Positions 46,725 to 60,549 of a DNA stretch of 64,000 bases are shown piece after piece. How positions within the stretch are numbered: position 1 is the first letter of the stretch; every line of letters begins with the position of its first letter. The DNA is from the human T2T-CHM13v2.0 reference genome, Homo sapiens. The notes beneath the pieces are model-generated. The model had not been told where the DNA came from and searched no databases. It saw only the letters and a list, made by a program, of their open reading frames with translations. Both the position numbers and the translations under genes were made by a program. The stretch is from assembly GCF_009914755.1 (NCBI RefSeq), contig NC_060930.1. One strand, given 5' to 3'.

Positions 46725-47539
46725 CAATCTATCAAATCCTTTTCAAAATTATTTAGGGATCAGGACAAATTCCACCATCTTTATGAATCTTTGTATTTCT
46801 AAATGGTAATAATGCCTCCATTTAATAAAAATCTTATAATATTTAATGTGCATATTTCCTTATAAAACTTATCTTCTACTCAGTAAATATTTGTTTTTAA
46901 GTTTTATGTTTACAACTATAGTGTAAGCTCCTTGAAGGCAGGAACTGTGTCACGTAAAACATATAATCCTGCCTTACAAAACCTGAAATAGCACCTTCCA
47001 GATTGAAAGGTCTTGTGATTGATTGAAGTGATTGAAAGAATAACCCAATACAAGACACAAATATTTATGAAACTGTTTTGACTAGGCTTATTAAGAGGGT
47101 TAAATGAGGTCATCCTCTTAAGTCAGATGTCTTGCTCATAGTAAACAGTAAACACCAAATAATACTGGCTATTTTTACTGACTTTTCATATATAGAGATA
47201 TGCATATATACATACATATGTATAAATGCAACTGATTTATATATGTGTGTGTGTATGTCTGTTAAAGTCAACTGTTGATTTTAACAGTTGATATATAACT
47301 GATATATATCAGTTGACTTTAACAGCTGAGCTACACAGAAATTGGCATGAAAATAATTTGTTCCCCATTCCCGTGTGAAGAAAACCTGCTCTAACTTCTC
47401 CAGTTGAGAACAAGCAGGGAGTTGCCTCCCTCTTGGGAAACTATAGATATGTTGCAAATCATTCTGCTTTTAACCCTAAGGGGATGAGGGAGAGAAGGAA
47501 ATGTGAACACGGTGCTTGCCATAATGCGAAGAGGCATTA

Positions 47540-47780
47540 TTAGGCATGTTGTGGTTAAGAGCATGCATTTTTGCACCAGGTTCTCACAGTTTGAATTGTA
47601 GACCCATCACTTTACAAGATGTGTGATCTTGGGCAAGTTATTTAACTACTCTATTTCTTCCTCTGGTTAAATAGACACAATAATGACATCTATTTAATAG
47701 GAATTTTGTAATGATCAAATATTTAATATATGTAAAATACTTAGATCTATAACAAGTAGTTCCAGGAAAGAGTAAATATT
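47540..47780 (+). mobile_element. MIR
   Basis: GTGGTTAAGAGCATG...TGTGTGATCTTGGGCAAGTTATTTAAC. Confidence 0.75.
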
Positions 47781-49179
47781 TTTTTGGTAACTTTCACCCA
47801 TCACTACTGTGACTGGTGTTTTACCTAATCTGACTTCCGTCCCATCACCTGTGCCACTTGTTACCCCAACAATCTCCCTTTCCATACATTTCCTCATTCT
47901 GTAATTCTGTTCTTGGAGAAGGTGCAATAGCCTCAAGAGTTTACCTTCTTACTGTATACTGTTGGCTAGATAGATGTCGGCAAGCTAACTTGGTAACTTA
48001 GAGGCCGTTGTTTCCATAAAAATAACTCATGCTCCAAAGCATTCATACTCACTTCAATTTTTAAATATAATTATTTTGTTAGGATGCTGAAACTGGCATG
48101 CCTGGAGGTGAAGGAGACATTTGTGTGTGACTACAGACTGCAAGTAAAGTGTGGTTGAGAGATTAATATGTTTCTTTGTGAAAATGATCCGGAATTTATG
48201 CAAAATGAAGGCAGTGTCTTAGAGAATAACCTTCAAAATACTTTATAATGTTTTCACAAACCCCATTTTTTCATTAGATAACTTTTAAGTAATTTGAATT
48301 TTATAAGAAATTATTGTGGGAGTTATTTATAAGAAGAAAGGCTAATTTTACTCAAGAAACAAATCATAGAGCATTATTTCTATTAAAAAAAATTCTATTT
48401 TTTTCAAAAGACAAAAGTGAAAAAAGTGTCAATTCTACTATACTACGTGAAAAGCGTCTGTTAAAATTAAACCAATAGTTATGTTTTTAAAATTTATTGA
48501 TATAAAATTCATTTTTCAACTTATATAAAATAATTTTATGGTCCTTTGGATCCCAGTCACTATAAGGATAGGACATCCAGTGAGGAGGAATTATAAAAGA
48601 ACAAATAGCAATTTTGCAAATTGGGATTTTATTTGTTTCTCCTTATTTTCCATCAACCCTCGGTTAAAGATATTTAATGACTGACAAATTAATTTGTCTC
48701 AATTCTAATTTTAAATCTTGGTATTCTGTCAATGTTGCAATCTGGTAGCACTTCCTGGATTATCTGAGCTGCCATAGATACATTGTTCATCACACATGAA
48801 AAATTATATTTTGTTGGTGGCACATCATTAACTTATTCAACCATAATAGGGGCTTTGCATATATTTCAATTGTTGAATCTCAAATAATTGAAATGAAGGT
48901 GAAGATAATTTCTGAGCTATTTTAAAGAAAATCTATATATTGAAATGGAGATTCATTACCTTTTTTGGGTTGAAAAATATGAAAGGCAGGTTCATTCCAC
49001 TATTAATTTGCTTTAATATTGGCATTATACAGTATTTTTTATCTCAGTGAATATTGAGCAAAATCGTCTCTCAATATGAGTAAAGAATATCAAGCAAACA
49101 TTTTTATCTTTTTGTGTCAATACTCAAGTGAAATAATACAGTTTTGGAATTTTTACCTTAGTTTTAATAATTGTTGTGT

Positions 49180-49290
49180 TTTATTAATATATATTTATAT
49201 AACACAATAATTGTATATATTTATGGGGTACAATGTGATTTTTTGATCTATGTATACATTGTACATTCAAGAAAGCTAATTAACATATCT
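49180..49290 (-). mobile_element. L1MA 3'-end stub
   Basis: ATAATTGTATATATTTATGGGGTACAATGTGAT...GCTAATTAACATATC. Confidence 0.7.
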
Positions 49291-50084
49291 TAATAATCAT
49301 TATTAAAGTTGCTACTGTCAGGTTGAAAGTGTCCAACATCAACTTTGAACGAGAAACATATATCTTCAGCATAAAATGCAAATATAGTTTTAAGTAACCA
49401 TTATTGAATATAACTGTCTTCCAAAAATATCAGGGGAAGGAAAGAAACATTCATTTATCAAGTATCTGGACTTTTTAGGAATTTTGTGTATGCTATTTTA
49501 CTTAATCTTTACCAAAATCCTGAGAAGTACAGATTATCTTCATTTTACTAAGAAAGCAAGAGAGAAAAAGGGAGGAAGAAGAAAGAAAATAGCTGAGACT
49601 ACTAAAGGAATTAAGATTTATCCTGTCACACCCAGTAGTTGGCAGAGCTAGTAATGCTCAGTAATCTGCCTAGATGTGAATCCAAAACCCATATTATCAA
49701 CTTTAAGTTTCATTTTAAAAGCAGAGAAAGCCCACTTAGCATGCTCGTATATTGCCATGTGTGACTTGCTTTTGATCTACCTCAGCACAGCATGAGAAAG
49801 CCTTATCAAGATGAGACTAGTAATTTCAACCATGTTCCAAGTGGACAAGTTACATAAAATCTAGCATAAAAACAGATGCCTTACTAAGGCATAAATAAAA
49901 CTAATTTTTATTTGCTTCTATTATCATTCTTTAAATCAAGTACATGTTATCCATGTAACATAGATAACCCACAGACTATTTTTTTCTTACCCTATTCTGG
50001 AGAATGGTAGAGGGAAATGAGATTAATCTAGACTCTACAGATAAATAGATATATTCATCTATAAACAAGTCTACTGTATAGACA

Positions 50085-50611
50085 TCTATATAGTAGAAAC
50101 ATGATGAGAACCACACAAATTATCTAGTAACCATATCAAAAAATGGTAAAAGAACCGAGGAAGCTAAATTTTAATAAAATATGTTATTTAATCAAATATA
50201 TCTAAAATATTATCATTTCGATTTGTACACAATAGTAAAAAGTGTTAGTGAGATATCTTAAATTTCTTTTTTATACACAGTAGTCAAAATTTAGTGTGTA
50301 TTTTACACTGAAAACACATTTCAATTCTTACAGTAAATATCTTCAGAATTACTTGATTTTGATTTACATCTATCTTTATCTAAAACCTCATTTTGATTTA
50401 AATTTCATGAAATTTATGGTTAAAAAGTAGATTCACAAACTCAATTTGTTCTGAACATACTTTGAAGTTTTCTAATAATTAGCTGAGTATTAGCTTATAA
50501 TTTAAATTTAATGTAAATTAATTACAATTTCAGTTCCTCGGTCATATCAGCCACATTTGAAGAGCTCAGTAGCCACACATGGCTAGTGGTCATTGAATTG
50601 GATAACACAGA
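50085..50611. mobile_element. hAT-Charlie DNA transposon fossil (MER3/MER33/Charlie5-like)
   Basis: TTCAGTTCCTCGGTCATATCAGCCACATTTGAAGAGCTCAGTAGCCACACATGGCTAGTGG...TTGGATAACACAG terminus. Confidence 0.75.
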
Positions 50612-50677
50612 GCTCGGGAAGACAAAGTGAATATCTCCTAGTGATGCTATGAGCATTAGGGTAAGAAAGGAAATGTA

Positions 50678-50734
50678 TTAGGTTGATGCCAACGTAATTG
50701 CTGTTTTGCCATTATTTTTAATGCACCCACCTAG
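50678..50734. mobile_element. MADE1 (Hsmar1 MITE) with a deletion in one arm
   Basis: TA|TTAGGTTGATGCCAACGTAATTGC...TGCACCCACCTAG|TA; TA TSD on both sides. Confidence 0.85.
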
Positions 50735-51869
50735 TAAAACATGAGTCCCAAGTTTTGGGATTGGACAAGAGCTAGCTGACTGTTCTATTTGCTGAGATGA
50801 GAAATAGAATGAGAAGGCATTCCAATTTCTTCTGCTTTAGTGAAACTGAATGCTAGCTGAGCTAATTCTTTATTTGTAGATGAATCCTGACTGGCTCTGA
50901 CTTGGTTGGTCCTGCACTGTACTTTTCAGTAGCAATATCTCTCAATGTGGGTGTGTGAGTGTGTGTGAGAGTGTGGTGTCTACGTCCAGAGAGCAGGAAT
51001 TCTTAAGTAAGTTACATTCCACAACCATCCCCCGTCACATACATTTCAATCTTGGGGATTTCTACTGTTTTTTAAATTTACAATTATATACTTTACTAAT
51101 GTAGTCATAAGTACATATTAAAAACTAAAGTCATTATTAATTTTTATTCTTCTTTAAAGGCTTCAAAAGAAGGGTATATAAAGCAGTCTTTTACATCATG
51201 TTTATGTACTTTATAACAATTTACAACTTAATGTTTTAAAATGAAAAAGTTGTATTTTGAAAATTGTCAACCATATGCTTAACTTTTTTCTAGATTAGGT
51301 AAATTATCAATCCTATGGTTTACTACCATTGAAAAAATTAAATCGATGATTGATAAGGATGTTGTATATGAAAACTGATGGTTAGAAGAATGCTATGAAA
51401 CGTAAGGGTAACTTTGGAAGTTACGTTATATTTATTACATGTGGTATCTTCCTGAGTACTTTAGACGTGTTAATTCATTTGATCCTTAAAATAAGCTATG
51501 ATATAAGTTCTTTCATCATCATCATCTCTGCTTTAGAGAAGTGGAAACAAGGTAAATAACAAAGCCAGGCTCATACAAATGATTAGACCCAGAGACAGAT
51601 TTTCATGTTGAACTTCCTATTGGTGAATTTTGTGAAAAGAAAGAAGACTTATTTATCAAACTTGCAGAGCCCCAAACTGAGGGTGACAGTCAACATATAA
51701 TAAAACAAAATTCACATTCAAAATGGCCTTAATAGAACCAAAATTTTGCTTTATTAAAAATACCAACATTCTATTCCTGCTTGGAGATTAAAAATGACAA
51801 CAACAGCAACAAAAGAATGCACAAAACAGAGTGAAAAATACAGTCTTGATACCAGTTGACTTGAAAAAG

Positions 51870-52460
51870 AAATTGGAGTGCTTAGTTGACCACAGCTTTC
51901 AGCAACCAAACCAAAGATGATATCATTTAACGATGGTCACCACCAAATCCTTCTTCCAAGATGCCAGCTACATATTTCTATATTGAATTAATATAAAAAT
52001 ATTGTTCACATATTTAGTACTAGTCAGACCTCAACTAGAATATTGGATCCAGTTTTAACATCATGGTTTCAGACCAAGTAGAGAGAATTGAAAGTTTAAA
52101 AAAATTGATTTTTTTTTGAAATATGGTCTGCGTATTATGCCATAAAAGAATGATTGAAAAACTACAGAAAGGAAGATTTAATTGAAGATATAATAGAATT
52201 CTTTAATACTGGGAGGTGGGGTGGGTGCATCATGTTCAAGAAGGTATAGACTTATTCTCTCTAAAGTTAGAAAGGGAAATTATAAGATAAATGGGTAAGA
52301 CATGGGGACGTGCAGGAAGACAGATAAACTAAATTCAATAATGTAAATGTTTATCTTGTGAAGAAAGGAGGTCACATCCCTGGAAGTAAGGAGCCAGTGA
52401 ATGAATGAATGTCAGCACTATTTTTGTAGTGCTCTCTGAGTTGACGGATTTATATTAAAT
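51870..52460 (+). mobile_element. L3/CR1 LINE fragment
   Basis: GTCAGACCTCAACTAGAATATTGGATCCAGTT, AGACTTATTCT and CATCCCTGGAAGT motifs resemble CR1 3' regions. Confidence 0.5.
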
Positions 52461-55400
52461 GACCACTGAGGACTGCTCAGATTCTATTAATTAATCTATT
52501 TTCACATTACATCTCTATTTTCTTCTGTAGCTAAAATTTTATTAAATGTTATTCTATCTTAATGAGATAAATGTTTGCTAATTTAGTAAACATCAAGTAT
52601 AAATATGTTAGATACAAATTGAATGAAATAATAACTGTCCAAATAAACTTTTGTCTACAATTAAATTCTTGCAATAATCTCCAAATTTATTTTCTAAATC
52701 ATAACACACTGAAACCTTTTAAGATAAAAATTTAATAAATTGGCATAAAGAAAAGCTAATTAATGGGATTTGAGTGTCCCTTTGTACCTGTGAGGACTCT
52801 GTCACTAAACCAGAAAATCTACTTCATTAAACAGTTGACTATGCTTATCTAAATTTTATGTTTGATAGGACTAAACACTCCACAATACACCTTTAAAATA
52901 TATATTGTACTGTAAGAATCTATAGCTCTCTCTGTCTTAAGATAATTTTAGCTTCAAACAGAGGATTCAGGCTGTAGCGTTTTGAATAAATTCCTTGGCA
53001 CTTTATGTTTTTGAAGTTCTTGTTTAATTTTTGTTATTAAAGATTTTGCTGGATTGAAACTATCCATTTGATCTTTGCTAAAGAGACTAAAGGCTCTGGA
53101 AACAAATGCCAGCTAGCTAATTATTTTAAACACAAATGTTCAGCAGAGTCTACATCTTAGACCTGACAGGAAACACATGATTTTTTTAACAATTACTCAG
53201 AGCTGAAAAAACAAAAATACACAGAGGTTTTCTGAGAATGCAAAAAAAAAAAAAAAAAAAAAAATGACTGGTGAGTAATTCATTTCAAATTCAGCTTAGT
53301 TTCTGCAGTTTCTCTCCTATATCTTAATTGAGACAGGAAGAATAGTGCGTTTTTCCTGAGAACAACAAACAGCCTAAGTATCCTAGAAAGTCCAAAACTG
53401 ATATTAATAATGGCCTAACAACCCCCCAAAAAATACAACCATGGTAAATAATGCCACATAGTGACATTGCTAAATTTAAGTTAAAAACATATGTGTTCAG
53501 CGGCTCTGAGAAGCATTTAGAGTGATTGAATTTTATCTTGCTTATCAAATCCATACCTTGCTGAATGGTTTGGTGATATTCATAACACGTAGAATTATAT
53601 CCATGGATGAAGAAACTGTAACCTAGGAATTTTAATATTTATTGAGTTACTACAATGTTTTTTGATTTGCTTAGTTTTTAATTCCATATCTCTAAGTTGT
53701 GGTGTGAAGTTTAATTCAGGATGACCTGTTATAGATGACAAATTACACAAGCTTATCATAGCATATGACTGGGAAAGTGTTTCATTCCCTATTTTTTCTC
53801 TCTTTTCCCTTCACCTTCTCATCCTCCTTTTACTACTTTTATTCTCTCCCTCCTCCTCTTTCTCTATTTTCAGTTTAAAAAGAAGCATGCTGTAAAAAGT
53901 TTTAATTCCAAACTATTTTCCTTTTACAGATTATTTTTGCTTCAGTCATAAAATATTCTTATGAAGATGTAATGTTAAATGCAGACCAAATATTAAGAGC
54001 AAACAAAAAATTTTATATTTATTTGTGATTCTAGGTCATTAAAGATTATATGTTTCTGTATATAATTTAAATATTTTATTATGAAAAACTATATCTAAAA
54101 CTATAAATTTGAAGACTATTTTAAATTGTTTCCAATTTCAGTTTCCTTAATTTTAAAGCTTAACCTGGTTTAGAACAATAATAACCATTTTAAAGATTTT
54201 CTTATACATTCTTGTTCTATGGCTCATTCTGTATTTACTTTGCTCACATTTATGTCAGTGCATGCAGCACACGTCTGTGAATATGTTGAAGAAATACATA
54301 GTAATAGAAATTTGTGTCCCATAGTTGGAGTTCTAAGCTTACCTGATCATAGTGTGATAATTTTTTAAACTCCCCAATGCATTTCCAAAAGATGTGCATT
54401 GGCAAAAATTGATGACCTCTATTTAGAGATGACCACATGACATCATTTAACTCTGCTATGACAAAATAAGATTAAAAATTAAAGAACAGATAAAGGAGGG
54501 AGAAATGAGCCACATTCATTTTAAAGACTTTTTTACTCAGGACTTATCCAACTGGGATCTTTCTCAGTTTTCCTTTGGGACTGTTCCATGGCAGGAAAAG
54601 AGGAAAAAAAAAATTCTGTCACAGCAAAGTTTATGTGTGAGGACAGCCTATCCTGCCAAAAAGGTCACAGATCAATGCAACCTCAATTCCCATTTTAATG
54701 ACCGATGCAGTCATTCTTTTGAAAGAACATTCCAGTGACTGGTGGAGAAGAATGAGGAGGAGGAGAAGAAACTCAGAGAACATGCAGGAAGATTTTTGAC
54801 TAATGGCTTGATACTAAAATTTTCTCAGGCAGGATTCTTTTCAAGCCTTCTTATAACTCCCAGGTTTTCCTTCCACTTTTCAGTAAAGTACTCAAGGAGC
54901 AGCAAGACCAGCAGGAGGTCACTTTACTACTAGAGGGAATACTGAGATGCTAGCCATGAATGTGTCTACTTCCATGAGTCCAGAAGAGCAGCATATCTTT
55001 ACTGAAGCTAACCATCCCATTGAAACTAATCTTTCAATCGGGAGATTGACTGACAGGTGGAAATCTTTAGAATGAAAAAATCTCCACAGTCTGTGTGGAG
55101 GGTGAGGAAAGTTAAGTAAATAAAAGGGGAAAAAAGAGTTTAAACCCTGACACATATGGGTTTCCAAGTAAGGGCTTTACGTTATCAAATAAAAAATATT
55201 ACCCGGGTCTTCTTTCTAGCCATTTAATACATAGGTTTAAAAAAGGCAATGAGATCTCTGTGTAGCTTTCACATGTCATTTGTATAGATAGCTATATATC
55301 TAGAAAATAGACCTTTGTGTAAGAACATGTGCAATAATGCAGAAGAAATTATTAGGGGGTTTAAATTAAGCAAAAATTATATCCCTTTCCTGGCCTCTAT

Positions 55401-58400
55401 CCCAATAATCTTTCAACTTGATTTTATAACACCATGGATTACAATGTTTTCAAAAGACATTGTGAAATTCTAAAATATATACAACAAAATTTTATTTAAT
55501 TTGTTTGATTTTGAAAATGAAACAATATATGACATCTAGAGCATTTAGGAGGTAGTAGCTATGGGAAGGGGGTGGTAGAATATCCAGTTGTGTGTGACAT
55601 CTGGACCTAAGACCAGCAGTTCCTGCTCCAGGAAGGGCACGTGAGAAGTGGGCCCAGTGGTTCTTCAAGCTACTCTTATCTAAAAAATGGAAGAAAACCA
55701 TGTCTTTGCCACCCAAAGGAATGCCTTTAACAATGCAATTATTCTTTTTCAATTGTAAAATAAATCTTTAACACAAACACAGAGTAAAACAGTGATGTTT
55801 GCTTGTAATCACTGCAGGTCACTTTTGGCTTTCCTAAAAGACAAGAAATATACAGGGCTACATCATGGGTGCATAAGGGACATTGCAACAGTTATTTGTA
55901 GGTGGTATCACAACGAAGTTTAAATTGAACAACAGAATGTTCTGCAGTCTTCTTATCTTTTTAAGGTAAATATACTTGTAGGAAGAGCCCTTCGTGATGC
56001 CAGAGAAAGTGGTTGTTTAGGTGGAAGATTTGAAAGACATCTGCCAGCTAATCCAAAAATATTTCTGCCCACAGCTTATGGTGTTACCAGAAAATTTCTC
56101 ACCACTCCTTTGGAAGCTTATCTCTAAAATATTTGATAAAATGCAAACATGTTACTTTATAGCTGTTACAATCAATTCATCATCATTCTTTTTACTATTA
56201 GCAAGATTGTATTTGCTATGCAAGTCAATTTAGGCTGAGATTGAGAAAACAGGAGTTTAAGAACAATAACAAAAAAAAGCTGGAAGGAACATGATGCTCT
56301 GTAGCATAGCCCTGGGGAACCATAAGTGCTGAGATCAAAAAGGATGAGAGGGGCAAGGGCAAATGAAGTCAGTGAGAAATAAGTGATAGAAGTTAGGTCA
56401 CTGCAGAATTTTTACTATATCTGGCTGTACATTCCTAAATTTCAGAATGATTTGTTCTTCTTTATAACTTCCAAAGTACTTTGTATTTCACCACTCATAT
56501 GACAGTCATTTTATACTTCCTTGTTTTGGCACTGGTTGCGTGTCTGTTTGTCCCTTGCCTATTTTTAATTGCCCAGGCTCTGTGTGTCCGGAAAAATTCC
56601 AGTATTCCCATAACATCTAACTGGAGGCCTTGTCCGTAAGTCCTGGACTAATACTTATTAAATTAATAAATAAAAACAATACAATGAGGATGGTGACACT
56701 AAGATTATCGTAAATGTGGAATCAGATTGTTGTTTTCACATAGTCCAAGATATAAAATTGGTGATCAAATTGCTTACCTGACTAGTTAGCATAATACATT
56801 CTATGCACTCATGGGCTAATATTACTTTGTTCATTTATAGGTCCTGTTTGTTTTGTTTTGTTTTACATCTGTCTCCCTGACTGAACTTAGTATTATGGGA
56901 TGGATGAGACCAAAATGTATTATCTTTTTAATATCTTTTATATCATCTTTAATATTTTTCTCCCTTTTCTCTAAACTGCAGCAGTTACCCCCCCCAACCA
57001 CCTCAATGTCTCTGACCACATCTGGCATATGCCAAAGAAGCATGTGTGCTTGAAGTATGAAAGAAAAGAGAAATAAAGGAGAGAAGAAGGAAAGGAGGAA
57101 TGAAGCAGAAAAAGAGGGAGGGAAGAGGCAGGCAATAAGAAATATATTTATACAATAATGTTATTTTCCTCCAAGGGAAGCTATGACTAAATGATATGCG
57201 CAAGCGAACAGCATTTCTGTTGGTGTACCATTTCGTGAGAAGGGGCTGCACACTTGGGTCCTTGTGCTAACTGGAGCAGGCTGAGGTCAGGAATCAGCCC
57301 TGCAAAGGGAAAGTTACAGGGTGATGCCAGCAGCTTTATGTCTATTTCATCACATCACCACTCTTCCAGAATGGAACTCTTTACATGATCGTTTCATGTC
57401 AACTGCTTTTCTTACTTTGCAGGTTAAACAAGCTTAAATGTAATATGCCCTTTTCCTGGGGTGTTTTACAAAAGGTTTTTGAGACATTAGAGCTACATTT
57501 CATGAGATTCTTAATTTAATGCTGTCCTCAAATTCTGCTTTTAGGTATAGAAGTTCAACAAATCCATCTTGTCTTTCGGAGATATTGTTGAGAAAGAGTT
57601 TATTTTATCAAAGTCCATGAGTTCATGGGTCATTAGCATGACCATGCAGCTACTATACAAAAACTGCCCAGGCAGCAACTTTTCTAAACAGGTCTCTGGA
57701 ATGGCTCCATTATCCCTTGGTCTTTTATGGCAGTGCTTTAATACATGGACTGGATGCCTATGTTTTGACTGCGGGTGACATCAAGCTTCTATACACAGGG
57801 TTAGTTTGTCAAGTTTGTTTTTTTTTCTCAGCCGACAAAAGCATACAATGCTACATGTATTAGGTAAAATCTTTGTTTTATTCTTCCATTCCCCTGTACA
57901 CAGAGCCTACACACAAAAGGCATTTTTAATGAATTTTGAATGAGTGCACTTGCAATTCTGAGTAAACCAAAGCCTATAAACTTTTCTTCCCCCAGCAATC
58001 TGATATAACTACAAGGATGGACTTCCTAGTTACATTTGGGAAAGGCTCATTAAAGAGGAAACTGATGGTTCAGATGTCAATACCAGTAGTTTCTCATTAT
58101 GAGATCTGTAAGGGGGGATTCAGAGAACCAGAATAATTTTAGTATTATGAGGTAAACTGACCATTCCTGATTTTTGTAAAAACTGTGTTATAGTTCTTTG
58201 GAGACTTCTGTGAGCCCTTCAGAGCCATTAAATGATTGAGAGCCACATATAAGGGTGGGGAGAAATGTGGAACACATTTTTCAACATGATTTTGGCTCCA
58301 GGTGGATTTGAAGAAGCATGGTTTTGTCATTTGTAAAGCTTCCATTGCTTGGTCCCTACATCCTAAGAAAACCAAGATAAATGAAATTATCACTGTAAAA

Positions 58401-58887
58401 CAAGTTTTAAAAACACAAATTGTCTATATTTCTAAAAAGAAAAGTTTAACTTTAGTATACTTTTTCCAATGTGCCTTGGAAATTCTACAAGATTTATGCT
58501 AGTGCAGAAAGAATGCTTCCACCTTGGCAGCAAGGATTCACGTGATGATTCAGCAGTGTTTTTGGCTTTGTAAAGCCAACACTTTCTAGCCTGCCGCAAT
58601 ACTCATGATTATAATGCATAAGAAAGAAGAAAAATAAACACAGTATACTATAACTCTAAAGGATTTCAAAGACTTTCTGTAATTCCTTGAGAAGTTTCCT
58701 GGAGTTAGGTAGGGTAGAATTCTGTTACAGCAAATGGGATACTCAGAAACTCTTGTAAACTTTCAATGTTTAGTAAATAGTTGAGTGAAGTAATTTTGTT
58801 GTCTTCAATCTGTAAAACTATGATCCTTCCCTGCTTCTCAACTAGTTATCCAACAAATAAAATACAATTTTATTAAAAATATGATTA

Positions 58888-59180
58888 GGCTGGGCACTGT
58901 GGCTCATGCCTGTAATCCCAGCACATTGGGAGGCCTACATGGGCAGATCTTTTGAAGTCAGAAGTTCGAGACCAGTTTGGCCAACATGGTGAAACCCTGT
59001 CTCTACTAAAAATACAAAAATTAACTGGGCATGACGGTGTGTACCTGTAATCCCAGCTACTCAGTAGGCTGAGGCATGAGAATCACTTGAACCCAGGAGG
59101 CAGAGGTTGCAGTGAGCTGAGATCATGCCACTGCACTCCAGTCTGAGATACAGAGTGAGGCTCTATCTCAAAAAATATAT
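58888..59180 (+). mobile_element. AluS (Sx/Sz-type)
   Basis: Complete dimer. Flanks ATATGATTA / ATAGGATTA form a degenerate TSD. Confidence 0.92.
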
Positions 59181-60182
59181 ATAGGATTAAAGAAGAGGAC
59201 AATCTGATTTTGTGTTAAGACTCAAAGGACAAAGGTTGTCACAAAAGGAACATGCCCTAAAGTTTCATATGGCCTCTATTGAACAATAAAAATACTGGAA
59301 AGAAATGTGGAACAAATTTGAAAGAAATGATCCTTTCTATACAGAAGTGTCCCAAGTCAGCGGTCATTCAGCTCTCTTAAGAATGATCCCAGATGTCTCC
59401 TTAGTAACAAATTTGGTAAAAAGTCTATAAAGTGCTTCTGATGTATCACTAAGAGTAAGTCAAAAGTCTTGGAGAATTCTCAAAATATACTTAGACATAA
59501 AATAGATTATTGGTTTGGGTAAGACTGTGGGATGTGTGTTATTGCCTCTGAAGGTATTTACAAGAAAGCCATTTCTTATAGCCTTCCGTGGAAGTCATTC
59601 ACTCTCAGTCTACAGAAACCAATGTTCAGACATGTAATTCAAAACCTCAAAACAATTTCATAACGTGGACATGCATATATACACACAACTCTGAAGAGAT
59701 GTACCGAAGGAAAAGAAGAAGACAGACGGCACAAGCAAAACACTACCTAGGGTCTGTAGGAGCAAAAGTATTAATACTTGTCAGTGTAAAAGTATTACAA
59801 GAAAGCTTGAGAGAAACAAACAAAATTATTCATTCTGTTGAGGGAGTTCAGTAAAGTGGTAAGATTTTTAAAAAATCATTTTTATTCCAGCAATATCTAG
59901 GTAAAAAATGTAATCAAGGATTATACCTTATACAAAAGAAGCAACAAAAATATAAGACACTTAAGACTACTCTTAATCAAACCCAAAATATATACATAAA
60001 AATATTAAGCTTTGTTGATAAGCTTTAAAAATAATTTTTATAATTATGAACAAGAAGACTAGTTAACATAAAGATCTCAATTATTCCCAATGTAATTTAT
60101 TGGCCTCCTGAATGCCAATCCAAATTCAGGAAAGGGAGGAAAAATTTTAAACAGCTAAAAATTTTCTGAGAAAAAAAAAGTA

Positions 60183-60496
60183 CAGACAGTCCCTGATTTA
60201 CAATGGTTCAATGTAAGATTTTTTTTCAGTTTTATGATGGTGCAAAACTGATACAATTCCAATATAGTAGTCAATAAATTATATGAGATATTTACTTCAT
60301 TAAAAATGGCTTTGAGTTAGATGATTTTGCCCAACTGTGGGTTAACGCAAGTATACTGAGTACATTTAAGGTAGCCTAGGGTTAGCTATGATGCTTTGTA
60401 AATTAGGTGTATTGAATGCATTTTCAAAGTACAATATTTTCAACTTATGAGAACATATACTATCAGAACATAATACTATAGTAAGTTAAGCAACTG
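60183..60496. mobile_element. MER47A (Tigger-derived) DNA transposon
   Basis: TA|CAGACAGTCCCTGATTTACAATGGTTC...GTTAGATGATTTTGCCCAACTGT...GTAAGTTAAGCAACTG|TA. Confidence 0.85.
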
Positions 60497-60549
60497 TAGT
60501 AAGAAAAATTTATCAAAAACTTTCTAGATATAAAAATTAAAGTAAAAGG

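Noticed and set aside
53242-53264. Isolated A23 run as the tail of a processed pseudogene
   Set aside because: No upstream poly(A) signal, recognisable body or convincing TSD.
57180-57330. Loose AP-1-, C/EBP- and NF-kB-like motifs
   Set aside because: All are imperfect matches; cannot be supported without chromatin data.
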